DNA of 64,000 nt from Glaucostegus cemiculus. Its lineage: Eukaryota. Below the pieces are notes generated by a model, which saw only the letters and a program-made list of their open reading frames with translations, was not told where the DNA came from and ran no database searches. Location: NCBI GenBank assembly GCA_976551045.1, contig CDPCPM010000598.1:930001-994000 (forward strand), read 5' to 3'. This document shows, piece after piece, positions 12,448 through 26,530 of the stretch (position 1 is its first letter; every line of letters begins with the position of its first letter). Made by a program: the position numbers and the translations under genes.

Positions 12448-13174
12448 ACCACTGATATCCACATCATTGATGGCGAGGCAGTAGAGAGAGTTACAAGCTT
12501 CAAATTCCTGGGGACTCACATCACCGAAGACCTCTCCTGGGGAACTCACTACATTAAGCATCAGGAAGGCGCAACAGCGTCTGTACTTCCTACGGCAGCT
12601 GAAGAGTGCAAACTAGTCAACAGGTATCCTGGTCAATTTCTGTAGGTGTGCAATAGAGAGCATTCTGACATACGGCATCACTGCCTGGTATGCCAGCTGT
12701 CCCAACAAAGAGAGGAAAGGCCTACAGCCGGTGATTGACACGGCACGGAAGATCATAGGGGTGCGCCTACCTGCATTGGCGGACATTTATGAGTCCTGGT
12801 GTCTGAACAAGGCTACAAACATCATTAAGGACTCTACCCACCCGGCCTATCACCTCTTCAGTCTGCTCCTCTCAAAGAAACGCTTCAGGACATTCCACAC
12901 ATCCACGGCCAGATTGAGGAATAGCTTCTTTCCCAACGCCATGAAAATCTTAAACAAGGACTTTAAATTTCACAGATTGCACTAGTTCTTTCTCGCTTCT
13001 TTTCTCTCTCCCTCTAATACATCAAGTAAACCCTACAGTGTAAACTCTAACTTAAATATTAAATAAATAGAGAATAAATTAAGTACTGTGCCTATTGTCT
13101 GACATGGGAGTGCCAATGAAATCTTGTTGTTCTGTTGTCTCAACGGCTCAATGACAATAAAGCAATCTTGAATC
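12448..13174 (+). mobile_element. Rex1/Babar non-LTR retrotransposon, 5'-truncated
   Basis: SFKFLGTHITEDLSW, RKAQQRLYFLRQLK, IESILTYGITAWY, IIKDSTHPAYHLFSLL and TARLRNSFFP motifs; 3' AATAAA followed by a TCTTGAATC tail. Confidence 0.85.
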
Positions 13175-16100
13175 AGCATTTCAATATCAGGTATTCCACT
13201 AGTGGAAAGCAATACTAGTCTGTTCTAACTACAAATGAATGCAAATCTCAGCAGATTATCACTAATGTGTCATTATGATGTTTCAATTTTCATAAGCTAT
13301 GAACAGCCTTGATTAGTATTAATAAGAGTAACAAAGAACTACTTAAATTTATTTGAGCCCAAAAAGCCTGGAAAAGAATTTGAGGAAGAAAAACAGAACG
13401 TTTCATTCTTGCGATCTAGCTTCTAAAACATGCACTAATCACTTGTATCTATAAATATGATTGTTAACTCACTCTAATGCAAGTAGTTTGAATACTAATT
13501 CTTCAAAGCTTGGGAAATGCATTTAGAAACTAGTTGCTTTTTGAATTGAAAATAAATCATTCACATAGTTTCAAAAAGCAAATGCAATATAAAATAAGTG
13601 GAAAAGACATTTTAAACCTGCTGAATATACATCTAGAACATGGTCTTATTTGCAGTTCAATACAGCAAACTAAAGTCATGTCAATGAAGTAACAATTTGA
13701 ATTGCTTCAGCCATCTGAGTCTTAAGCACTAACAAACTGAGGTTATTATGGACTCTGTCGCTGATATCGAGACATCCCAGGGCAAAGATCAGTGTTCCTT
13801 TTGATAAATTACATCTGTCAAGTCTGAGTACTGTTCCTGCTTGTGTGTGCATGACATGAAAGAGGAAGCTTGCATGGGACTAGAGACTCCAATACAAATA
13901 AAAGGGCTTCATTCTTGCTCCAAGTCCCTCCCTTCACAAATGTCAACAGGAAGTCTCATCTTATTCATTACTTGCATGGCAGACACCACTGTGGAGCCAA
14001 CTAATAAAACCATCCTGAGATCTAAGAACACACTGACCCCAGAAGTTGAGAACAGTGAATGGACTATTCATATGGCACCTAGAACTCATATAAAACAAGG
14101 AAGGAATTGGATTGGTTAGGGAAAAGTTTCCTGTTCCTCTTTCTTAAATGGTAATGCAAAGAAAATTTTTAAGAAGCGATTAAAGTAGGAATAGTGTAAA
14201 TGGGTGATCGATGGCCAGCAAGGTCAGTGGGCTGAGGGGCCTGCATTCGTGTTGAATCTCCGAGTGGTATCAGACAGAAATGAGAGATCAAAATTGTTCA
14301 ATCGCAACACTGTCTTGGAATAAAGCAAAGAAAATTTAATAGTGCTAATTCCTTTTTAAGCAAGATTAAATATATACTTTGACTTCCGACAGTGTTTATT
14401 AAAATAACACCTCTTTTTAGCATACAGGATAAGTATGTATGTTTTAGCAAAATAAAGCAGCATTACGTCAGAATGACAACTAATTAGGATACATAAGAAT
14501 ACACTTGCACGATACAGTTGTAAGGACCTTTGTACTCTTAATTTAAATCCCTTTTTATTCATGGTTCAATATTTATGCCTTTTAATACAGATGCCATTTC
14601 AATATTCAGGAAAATAAATTACCATTTATAAGTTTTAGAGTTATTCTTGTTCTGTTGGAGATAGTTCTCAGCATAATCACAACTTAGCTGGAATTATAAA
14701 CATCAAAGCTAATGAAAGCTTCAAACTATACAGCTGAACAGAATAAGCCACAGGAGGCTTTGTATACACCTGGCAATTAGGCAGAAGGATAGATCATGAA
14801 GTTCAATCTACAGAATGCAAAGTACTTTACATGGGACAAAAAAAAAATGCAGGAAGGAAATGCTAGTTAAATGGTAAGGATTTGAAGGAGATGCAATTTA
14901 CCATTGACCTAGCTTCCAAGAAATGGTTCTATAGGAAGGGGTTAGATAGTCTTAGGTGTGGTTTGAAGGTTGGCACAACATGGTGGGCCAAAGGGCCTGT
15001 ATTGTTCTATAGTTCTAAATAAGACTTTGGATTAAAATACTATATTTATCCAAAATACTGACGTACCCACTGCACCTTTACACTTAGAATTGTGCATATG
15101 GTTTCTGGTCACCACAGCATAAACAGGTTTCCAAAGGGGCTAAATAATGTGAACCATGACCTTTTGTAAAGTGCAGAAGCAGTCTAATATCTAACTTAGT
15201 CTGCAGAAACAATTTCAGAGAACAAGTGCTCAACCTACAGAACAGCTTCCCCACAGAGGTAATGACAATAGTCAGTACTGATTAAACTTGCAAATAAGAA
15301 CACTTTTTGGAAAAATATACTTGGGATGTAAAGTAAATGATATGTGATATTTGGTAAATGTAGCATGCTAAGGTGTATCATTGACTCACAGATTGATTAT
15401 TTTAGGCACAACTCTTGTTTAATGGTGCAACTACTAAGAGAGTGGAACATGATTAATATGGGCCATGGCTTTTCTTCATCCAACAATTTATATCCTTCAA
15501 TGAAATACAGGTCTACTTGACTATTGAGTTAAGGCTTGAAACTCCCATAATGCTAATACGAACAGCAGATTCCTTGCATTTGGGCTTCATTTATCTATTT
15601 TGCCTCAGCATCACAAAACAGAGCCCAATGTAATCAATATGTCAAAGAAGAATACTGAACACAGCAGATTGCATTCCCAGACAGCAACCCCTCTAATAAC
15701 TAATGCAAAACCTTGTTGATGTAAATAAACATTAGGCAGTGCTTTTTTCAGAATAAAAGGCAAGTTTGAGCAGGAATTACATTAATCAAACTAAAGAGAT
15801 TTGTCATGCGAACCCATAAAAAATTGCACAAATTAAACATTATACCTATTGCATAAATCATAAAAATTAGTGACATCCCATTTTAAAAGTTAGAAATAAA
15901 TGAGTGCTCATCATAAAAATCAGGGATGACACAGTTTTTATTTCCCTGCAGTTTCATTTCAGTAAAGCGCACACTATTTGTACTGAAGGGCATAGAAGTG
16001 CTCAACATACACAAAAGATTTTTAAACATTCAAATCTATTGGGATTATGCACAGCAAAACTCGCTAAATTAATGAACTGGAGAATCTGTTCCCAAATCAA

Positions 16101-18981
16101 TCCCTTTTTGACTTGTTATTTATTGGATGCTTAACAAAATAAATTTAGATAAAACTGATTCTTAAATCACTTCTTGTGACTGTCCGTCACTATCAAAAAA
16201 GTGTGCTTTGTCGAATATTTAAACATTGCATCATTATATTAAAAGTGTTCCTACAATTTGAGAATATACCACAGACTTCTGGGCAAATTATTTTATATTC
16301 TTTTCTTTTGCTGGAAGTCCTTCAAATTTAATTAACTTCAAATACATCCTGACTGAAAGTGGAAGACAAACAGTTCCCAGTTTTTGTCAAAACTGTCCAG
16401 CAATGGCTGTTAAGATGAATATAGCAGCTTTCATGCAGAACTAGCCTCTTCCCCTCGAGAGGAGGAACCTGACCTCACTATGGATCCTGGAGCCAACAAC
16501 TTCCAGCCCTCCATTGTATGACACAACTCATTTTCCAATGTGATGAATCACCCATGTTATGCAATCTAGCAATAAGACCATTATTCACAACTAAACATGG
16601 TGTGAATGTTTTCAAAAATCAGATTGGATCTGATTGCAGAAGGTGACCGAATCTGATGGCAGCAGGAATAAGACTTCAATGGAGGAAACAGTCCAAGATG
16701 ATGGAAACATGAAGTCAACTACCAGCCCTATGTAAATTTGCTCTAGAAAAAATTAAGTCTAGGGTATTAGTTGCCCAACAAACAAACAAAATTAGCACGG
16801 GAACAGGAGTGCAGGTAAATTGGAGAATAGTAGAGGATGAAAACACATTCACTAGAAGTTCAACTGCAGAGCTGCAACTTCATTACAATATCACATGGGC
16901 AACTTCCTTTGGTTCATTAGTTTCATTTCAAAGACATTTAAAAACACATTTCAATAAACCCTTTGGCACTATATGTTATATAAAGTAACTAGTTGAAAGG
17001 TAAGAGGATTACTGTACAGCACAACCTGAAAATAACAGCTTGCTATGAATTTGGGTCACAATCCTCTATTACAGAATGGTGAAAGCCACCTTAAAAGAGA
17101 TACCAAATTTATCTTGGAAAGCATTTAAATAATAGTCTTATAGAACCTACAACCACGAAAATACTTGGCTTGGTTTTTCCAAGTCTAGCATGCCAGAACA
17201 CCATTTCCTCTTAAAAAATGCCAATATCATCAGAAATTCAATCACCAAGGGCAAAGTCTGCAGATGACTCTTCAAACAAATTAGATTTATCTCTTTAGAG
17301 CAATTCTAGCTCAGTGCAGTTATCACTGGATCACCACTGATGAAACACCAAAATTCCCATATTTAGGAGGCCTGTTGGCTCTTCTAACCTCATTTTGCCA
17401 CAATATCAATGCAACAGGGGCAAAGCTGATTTTAAGTTTAACATTATTTTCAAATATTATTAAATTCCATTCAGGACTTAATTTCCAAGTTCACACAATG
17501 AGAGAGGAAAGGAAAAGGACAAAGATATGAAAATGAGAAAATGACAGTGATACCAAATAATACACCGCAAGTAATGCGTACAATTTTATAACCTGTTCAA
17601 CACATAATAGTAGCTGCAGAAAGAATGATTTAAATTAAGAGCTAAGTAGAGCCTACAAATTAGGAGATGAACTGTTGTGGAAAACATTACACTTGGTGCA
17701 GAGATAAAACCAGTTCTAATGTTGGGCAATTTAAAAACTAAATAAAAACACAAACATGAAAATTTAATGCATTAGCGTGTTTGAATGAATATAAAGTTGT
17801 TCTCTTAAGTGGCCACTTAGAAATATTTCACCAATGAGCTTTTAAATGTGCCATAATATGCCCTTTTCTAATTGATCAAGAGTACTACTTTGATTTTGAA
17901 CTAGTCATTGTAGAACTGTGAAGTAAAACTCTAAAACTTTAGTTGAAGGCAGGTCAGCAGACTGTCTGGATTCTTTACAAAGTTAGAAAAGGCCTGACAG
18001 AATGATTTGCTCTTTTCCATTATTAAGAACTTAAAACATTTCACTGACATTTGGAAGCTGCTGAAGGAAGCTGAGTGCATTTAACTATGCATGCACAGAG
18101 ATCAAATTTCTGGATTAGAAAATGGCACAAACAGACAGTCCAGGCTCTCAATATTCACTTGCACGGAATCAAAAGTATGTTTCAGTAAAAAACTGTTTCA
18201 TTAACAAGGAAAGGAGGCAAAGAAATATACAAAGTGCCAACAGTTCCTGGCAGAACAAACTCCAGATCCCAGGTTGTCAAAAATTTGCACTGAATGCAGG
18301 TCATATGTTTTGCAGGAAGGGTGTGAGGGAAAACTGGAGGGCAAGTCAACACAAGCCCCATCAATGTGTCTGACAGCAGTCAGTAAATTACAGTAGATGC
18401 TTGGGGGCAGGTTATTTGTCTGCTGTCTTTACTGAAAAATGATGCTCATTCCTTGGAAAAGAGGAATGGAAAACCTAAATTGAATGGAGTAAAAAGTCCT
18501 TTTAAAGTCAATACTATTTATGGTTTTAGACCTTGAATAAATACATTTAAACATTTGCTGCATGTGGTTTCCACCCAGATTACACCAACTTTGGACTCTA
18601 TCCAGTTAAGAGGTCATCCCAGACAAGTGAAAATAAAGTTGGGACAAGCAGACAGTCGTCAAGATAGGATAGTGGTTTCTCGAAATGATGTTTATTACAT
18701 ACTTCTACTAACAGCAGCATATAAAAAGTAGCATCCCTCAGCCTCTGTGGTGTCTGGGTATTTACCAAAAACTGTCTGCATTTCTAGGTCACTAAATTTT
18801 TCTTACTATGAACAATATTCCTTGAACCCGTAACCTTCATTCTATCTTCTAACATCTGTTGCTTAGGTTATTTCACTGACTGACTGAAAACCAATTCAGT
18901 TGAATCATAGACAGACAGACACACACACTAACATAATAAAGCAGACCAACTTATGATGTTAGAAGGCAGAAGAAAATATAC

Positions 18982-19029
18982 TTGGTAGGATTGGGCACAC
19001 AATTCTGTTGATGAACTAGACAGGCTCTT
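18982..19029 (-). CDS. SMURF2: Candidate 48-nt in-frame cassette exon of SMURF2 (KRACLVHQQNCVPNPT)
   Basis: Branch-like CTAAT, TGC+T9CCTCCTCCCAG acceptor and gtatat donor; phase 2-2 with no stop in the SMURF2 frame. Predicted from sequence only. Confidence 0.55.
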
Positions 19030-20024
19030 CTGGGAGGAGGAAAAAAAAAGCATATTTCAAATTAGATTCCAAGTTACCACAGAACGCTGCTCCACACCTG
19101 CCAACTGCTAGATACATAGCCGTATTCACGGCATCTCAAGAACAGCATACCTACATATTCTCCCAATTGCTGAAGAGTAAATTGCGGGTTTTGTGTGGGT
19201 TAAAGAACGTAGAGCCAGAGGGAAGGAAGAATTTTTTGAAAATATATATTTAAGTATTTGACCACACACATTTAGATCAAACATTTAAAAAACTTCTTAC
19301 TTTCTGTTACTGGGAATGTATGTACACATTGTGATTGCAGCCTTTTACAGTATTTGCCCTCCCAAATGTCAGCTGTAGCTATTGGAAAAAATCCTTTTCA
19401 AAACATTCACAGTATACAATTCTCCAATTTCATTTCACTGCTGGTCTAGACAGCATAGGAACCGCATTAGAGAACCTGCTTGCGTTACACAGTTCGCTTA
19501 TTTGAATTTAAGCTCTTTGCTTTTGATCCTATTTGCAATTTTGCTCAGGAATCATTATGTTATTTACAGAATTTGACCAATGCAAATCCAATCGAGTTTG
19601 GACTAGAATAATCAAAGGCAGTGTCTGAAGTGCATTTCTTTTGTCATTTTGTTAAGTCTTCTGATGTTGAAAGAGCCTCTATGATTCTGAGGGCATTTCA
19701 CACTTCTGGTTTTGAGCCCTAAGAAAGGAACAAGGTTCATCATGCCATTTAAAACTGATTTCTGTTTCAGTAGCAAACAGAAGACAGCGAGTCTTCAGCA
19801 ACTTGACAAATGCCTGAAGTTTTTTTTTAAAACATACTCAGTCACTGAAGTATGCTAGTGGACAGATTCATTCATCAGGGATCTAAAAGTAGAAGCAAGG
19901 CTCATACAAGTCAGTCTGAGAAAGGTAACCTGGCATAATGAACTTGAATAATGTCACTTCCCTCAACATTTTCAAGATAGTATAAAGAACATCACTCAGT
20001 GGATGATATTTTGTGAAAAATCAA

Positions 20025-20670
20025 AAACGGCTGATGTTGGAAATCTGAAATAAAAATGGAAAATGCTGGAAAATCTCAGCAGGTCATACAGCATCTGTGC
20101 AAAGAGAAACAGGTTAACATTTTAGATTGAAGATCCTTCATCTGAACTGAAAAAGAGAGGAAGCAATTTAATTAGTCTAAGTAGCAGAGAAGATGGGGAG
20201 CACAATGGCTTGAACAAAGGAAACATCTGTAATAAGGTGAAATGATGTAGCCACTAAATGGACAATCGAGTTCCCTTGTCTGCGTAATGTGCTGCTATAT
20301 TGTGAGCAGGCCAGAATTACAAATGCAGAAAGGACGAGAGGAATGGTAAGCATAAATGGCCAGTTCTAAAACAGAAAGAGCAGGTTATCTGATATTGGAG
20401 AATTCAATGTTGAGTTCAGCAGGATGCAACATGCCGAGATGAAAAATGAGGCTTTGTTCCTCCAGCTTACATTGGGTGTTGTTGTATCAGTGCAGAAGGC
20501 TGCAGACAGAGGGGTCAGAGTGGGATGGTGAATTAAAACCCAGGCAATCAGAAGCTCGGTCACTCATGCGGACTGAGCGCAGATGCTCTGCAAAGCGATC
20601 GCCCAACCCGCATTTGGTTTCTCCAATTTGGAGGAGGCCACATTGTGAACAGCAAATGCACTGCACAAGA
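20025..20670 (-). mobile_element. Penelope-like element fragment (reverse)
   Basis: Reverse complement of the LLQIGETKCGLGDRFAEHL GIY-YIG region plus the terminal repeat. Confidence 0.75.
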
Positions 20671-21469
20671 GTGATGCCTTCTGAGTTCTATATAGTAATA
20701 ATCAAATTTACTTTGCACGTTGACAGTCCCGTGGACAATCCAGGTCAAGAATCAAAGCATGGGCTGCTTTTAGCATCACACATCCTTTTTAAAAACAATA
20801 TTAAATGGTTTAACAAATGGAAGTACATTTCAGACAACCACCACTGAATTTTACAGTCCCGAAGAGAAATTGTATGTGGAGTGGTCAAATTATAAGAATG
20901 CAGAACAGCATGATCCTCAAGTAAACATAGAATGCTGAAATGTGACTGTCCACAGCAGACAATTTATACATAGAATCCACTGCTTACTTTGTGCAAAATG
21001 AAGGAAAGACTACAATAATTAAAGCAAAGACATTTCACCAGTCTTACCAACTGAGGTTATAACATGCTATAACCTCAGCTGGTACAGTTTGTAAGGAGTG
21101 AAGATTGATACTTTTGAGCCTTTCCCAAAATAGTGCCACCCTTCACATTACCTGCAGACAGCAGGCTCAATTATAGTAATACCGTTACCTACTGGTCTTC
21201 ACTTAATCTTCTTCCATTTCAAGGCAATTACTTGTTAAAATATATCAGTGAAAGCCTCATTTATTTTGAGTCTCTCCACAATAGGATGCCTGTAACAGCA
21301 GTAACCTACTTTATGCCCATATAACTTACCAGCTGTTCAATAACATCAAACATGAGCTAAATACAGCACAAAAGATAGTAAAAATTACACAAACAATGAT
21401 TTATAGAAAATTAACTACAAATAACATTTGTATAACAACCTGCTGGTGGACTGGTAAATGTTGTGCCTT

Positions 21470-22790
21470 TTCTTAAGAAGGGCAGCAAAGAAAAAACTGG
21501 GAACTATAGACCAGCAAGTCTAACATTTGTGGTAGGTAAGCTACTGGAGAGGATGCTGAGATAAGATATACATACATCTGGAAAGATGGGGGCTGATTAG
21601 GGGCCGCCAGCATGGCTTTGTGCATGGGAGATGTTTTACAAACTTGATTGAGTTTTCTGATGATGTGACTAAAGAAAGTTGATGAGGATAGGGCAGTAGA
21701 CATGGTTTACATGGACCAGTAAGGCCTTTGATAAGGTTCCACATGGTAGGCTGCTCTGGAAAGTTAGATTGCATGGAATCCAGGGAGAGCTGACTAATTG
21801 GATACAATTGGCTTGATAGTAGAAAGCAGAGGGTGATGGTGGAAGGTTGTTTCTTGGACTGGAGGCCTGTGACTAGAGGTGTGCCTTTGGGGTTGGTGCT
21901 GGGCCAATCACTGTTTATCATCTATATCAACGGTCTGGATAAGAATGCAGTGGGCATGATTGGTAAGTTTGCAGATGACACCAAAATAGGTGGTATAGTG
22001 GGCAATGAAGAAGGGGGATATTAATCAGCTGAGTACGTGGGTTGAGGAATGGCAAACAGAATTTAATTTGGATAAGTGCGAGGTGATGCATTTTGGAAAG
22101 TCAAATCCAGGTTGGACTTTGTGAATAGTAAGACTCTGGGGAGTGCTGTAGAACAGTGGGAGCTTGGAGTACAAGTACATGGTTTACTGAAACTGGAGTC
22201 ACGGGTATTGGTAGGTAGGTTGGTGAGGCATCTTTTGGCACACTGGCCTTCATAAGTCAGGGCACTGAGCATATTTTGGGAGGTCATGGTGTGGTTGTAC
22301 AGGACGCTGGTGAAGCTGCACTTGGAGTATTGTATTCAGGTTTGGTTGCCCTGTTGTGGGAAAGTTTGTTGCTGGGACTTAAGGGGCTGATTTTATAGAG
22401 AAAGGTTGAACAGGGCTTTATTCCTTCCAGCAGAGGAGACTGAGGTGTTCCTATGGAAGTGTATAAAATCATGTGGGGCACAGATTGGGTGAATGTACTC
22501 AGTCTTTTTCCCCCCCAGGGTTGGGGAAATCAAGAACTAGAGGGCATAGGTTTGAGGGGAGAGGGGAAAGATTTGATAGGAATTTGAAGGGCAATTTTTT
22601 TTTAAAAACATGAAGGTTGGTATCAAGAGTAACAACTTTTCAAAAAGACAGTTGGACAGGTACATAGATTGGAAAGGTTTAAAAGGTTATGGGCCAAATG
22701 CTGGCAAATGAGACCAGTTTGGATGGGCAACTTTGTCGACAAGGACGAGTTGGGCCGAAGGGTCTGTTTCCGTGCTATATAACTATGACT
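21470..22790 (+). mobile_element. CR1 LINE, 5'-truncated and decayed (RT domain to 3' tail)
   Basis: GNYRP.SLT.VVGKLLE, QHGF, FDKVPHGRLL, GVPLGLVLG and KFADDTKIGG motifs; 3' tail gggccgaagggtctgtttccgtgct. Confidence 0.92.
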
Positions 22791-25700
22791 AAAAACTCAG
22801 CTACCCATTGAGCCAAGAAGTCCTCACAAAGTCTTTTTTTAACCTAAGCAATGGGTACCCACCCAGGCAAATTCAATCCTCCTAACATTCAAGATACTCT
22901 GCTTATCCAGTATTATCTCCCCTCTTCCTTCTCCAGTCATCTACACAATTCAAGCCATTTCTGATTGAGAAATGTTAATGGATAAAATGGAGTTATTTAT
23001 CTTTCAGACAATGCTCTAATTACTTCACCTTGTATGTTGATAGTGTAGATTCGATCCTTGGTTCGAGTCTCTCCTTCAGCACAGTACCCACGATAAAGAA
23101 ATTAAAACAAAGTATAGCAATTAATTATATAAAAAAGATAAACTTAATGCTTTTTATTGAAAACTCTTCATTGATTATGCATTGTGCCAGATTTCAATGC
23201 AAAGTAATAAAATAAAAAGCAACAATGGCTAATATTTACAATACCTACTGCACAGTATCATATTACTGGCTGCACATAGTGGCATTGTTAGTTGGCCAGA
23301 CTGGAGATGAATGGGTAATTCCTGATAACCAAGCTTGATTTTATGCATACAAGTTATAAACAACTATTCTCCAGCCACTGCAATTTCTTTTGAAACATTA
23401 TCTTTTACTGGGAAACGTTGTCATAGCTTCCATCACAAATTCTGTTTCACCTTTATCAAGATTCTGTTTTCTGACTAAATAGATTTTTCTGTAAAGTACT
23501 GTTTACTGCGAGTTTTATGCCCCAACCCACGTCTAACTGCCTGGATGAAATAGCAATGTCTACAAATGTTCTGTATTTTATTACGTCAAACTGAAATACT
23601 GGCAAGAATATGGTAGTGTAACGTAACCAAACCCCTAACACAACACACCAGTGATGTAAAAGACATCTTGAACAACATTAAAATGCTAAAGTGGATCAGG
23701 TGCTGTTTCTCAATCTACACAACAGCTTCCAAGTCTATTAGCCATGGCCAAAATCAAAACAAATAAAATAATTTTAGAGCCGAACAGATATTCTGCCCAT
23801 AACTACTCTAAACAATAATCAGATGTTCTCAATAGCTAGGTAACAGCACCAACTGTGTTTACACGGTTAAATACACGTTTTGGTTTTATAAAGCAAAGGA
23901 AATAGACAAGATAACCACAACCAATCAAGTGCCCTCCATCCCAATAATTAACTTTGTCTACTCTATTTTTCCATTGAGAAATAACAACTTGAATTTATAT
24001 AGTATTTTTAAAATAGTAAAGGTACAGAAGTGTTCTGTACATTGGGCCAGAGTGTGCTGCCAACTGCCCACCTGCATACATCTTTTCTGGATGCAGAGGG
24101 TTGTAAAAATCAATTTTCCAGATCTGAGAAGTGCAGTGAGACTGAGAGGTTTCAAGATACTTTTAGCAATTTGCCATTGAGACCCCGTTCTTGGAAAACT
24201 GATGGGCTTTGACAACTCATTGCTGTTAAAAGTTTTTCAATGTTTTTTTAAAATTTCCCTGGCAGCTGTGGACGTAACAAAAACTATCCAAAAGATCAAA
24301 TTAATTATAAATAAAATTTGCAGAAAAAAAACAAGAAGCTCCTTAGAATACTAATAATAGACATTAAAATAAAATAATCCATAGTGATGGTAACAACAAC
24401 CAAAATAAATGGGGCTCACTGTCCATATGCAAGCCAGGTCTGGAAATAATGCAAATGGACTGGATGTCGCTTGCTTCTGATCTCTTTCCAGCATGCAAGG
24501 GCTCCATGTCAGTCTGGCCTTCAGCTTGCCTTGGACTTCTGTGCAAGCATGGCCAAATGTAGAAATCCAAAATGACTGAGCAGCAAATGGGTGAATGCTC
24601 AATTCATCCCTATGAATTATCTCAAACCTACCTATACTGATCACTTCAATGTCTTTTGCAACTAACCTTTCCAACAGTGCAATTAGTCTGCATGTGGGAA
24701 AAGTTTATCCATCTTGCCTTCTTTCCCCCAAACCCAATATTTAAAAAAAATGTAGGCCCTTCAGCATTTGGACACCATGAACAATTTTTGCCAGGTTCAA
24801 TTTTCCAATTCCCTCTAAACAGCTTTACTTGGATACCTGAAATTTATTCAAAAGAATATAAATCTAATTTATTTTGCCATTTTTCTGAAAAATTCTTTGT
24901 TCCTACAATCACCTCCACTGACTACCTTGTACCTTTTCAACAGCTATAATCGTTCGCAAATTTTATTAATAGAATCATGCACAATATTTCAAATGGGTGG
25001 TCAGAGTAAATCCTTATCCAACAGCAATACAATCTCTTTATTAACTACATACCTTAACATTATACAATTTTTATTCGTCCTTAAACAAAACTGGGACTGA
25101 TCACAGAGAGGTTTTATGGTTTTCACCAATAATCCTGGATCATTTTTACTGATTACTGCTGCTGTATGCATGATTAGTATTTTTAAACTTTCTTTTAGAG
25201 CTCTTTGTTCCTACACTAATTACTTTATATTTACATTGAATTGTAACTGACATCCACTGATCAATTTAAATAAAATGCTCAAATACCCGAGACAGAACAC
25301 CTCATTTCCAAAACAAAATCTGAATAAGGTGCTTTGGGGATTGGAAAATGATCAGCAGTCCACGCTATCCTCATTGGTAGCTCATACACAGATCAAATTT
25401 GTCAAGAAAGGTTGTCCCCTTCCTCCAAATATTCCAAAGCTTGCGCACAGCACCTATATTGCCTGCTAGAATGAAAACCAGATCCAACCCTTTCTGAAAA
25501 CCCTCCTCGATAACATGTAATGTGCTGTTCATGCAACATTTTTTTGTGTCTGCAAAATGGGAACTTAAAATGGTTAGAAACGCCATTCACTCGCTTGGAT
25601 GCCTCAAGATAAATCTAATACAATAATATGAAATCTGAATTCTGCATAAATAGCATAATTTGCTCAACAAGCAAGCAATATTCTTCCATTTGAATGTTCA

Positions 25701-26530
25701 AGGAATTTTCTATCCCACAGTAATGGCTATTAAGTAAATTGCTCCATTAATAGGACGCTTGTTAAGTAATTGGACTGCATTTGACAGAACATTCTTTCTG
25801 ATCAGTGAAACCATCTGCAGCTATTCTAAACTATACCTCCATTAATGTTCAATGTAATGAACACTTGTTCTCCATCAGTTTCAAATTCATATGACAGACA
25901 CATCTCTAGCTGGGAAATTTTGTTTGGTACAAATTGCTTACTTTTTTCAGCTTCTGGGTCTTGACACTGAAAACTTATCCTATTTGCTACTGGTAATTTC
26001 CATTAGATCATGGATTGAATAGTTCTGTTATACAGTAAAAAGCCACTGCAGACACCTCAGGTGCTTGCCATGAAAGAAAATGTTAAACGTATTTTTTGAA
26101 CCATCAGATGGGAATATCATCAAAGAAAAATGCTTTTTTTCCCCCCTCAAAGCAAGACATTCTATGTAAAGGGCAGAACATAAAAGAGCAAGTGTTTGGT
26201 AACAAAACATAACTGTGAAAAGTCTGGAACATTTAACATAAATCAGAGCAGTTGGCAAATCTGAAAATATTTCAACCTTGCTAATAGCCAAGCTTCAAAT
26301 GTTTTGATGGGACAATTTAATAAGTGTACAACCAAACTATTCCAGATTGATGTCAATATCTGTTTTCAAATGCTGTTTAAACAGCTGCATTGGGAAAAAA
26401 AACAATACCAATTTAAATAATAGGACATCCAAAAACTATGTTTGAAATTCAGTGCGTATAAGAATTTGAAACTTTGACAAGATGGGTGTGAAAGGGAAGA
26501 AAGTGACAAAAAAAAAGTTCTGTTACTTAC

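Noticed and set aside
12731-12985. 84-aa ORF as a possible nested gene
   Set aside because: It is the C-terminal part of the Rex1/Babar retrotransposon ORF.
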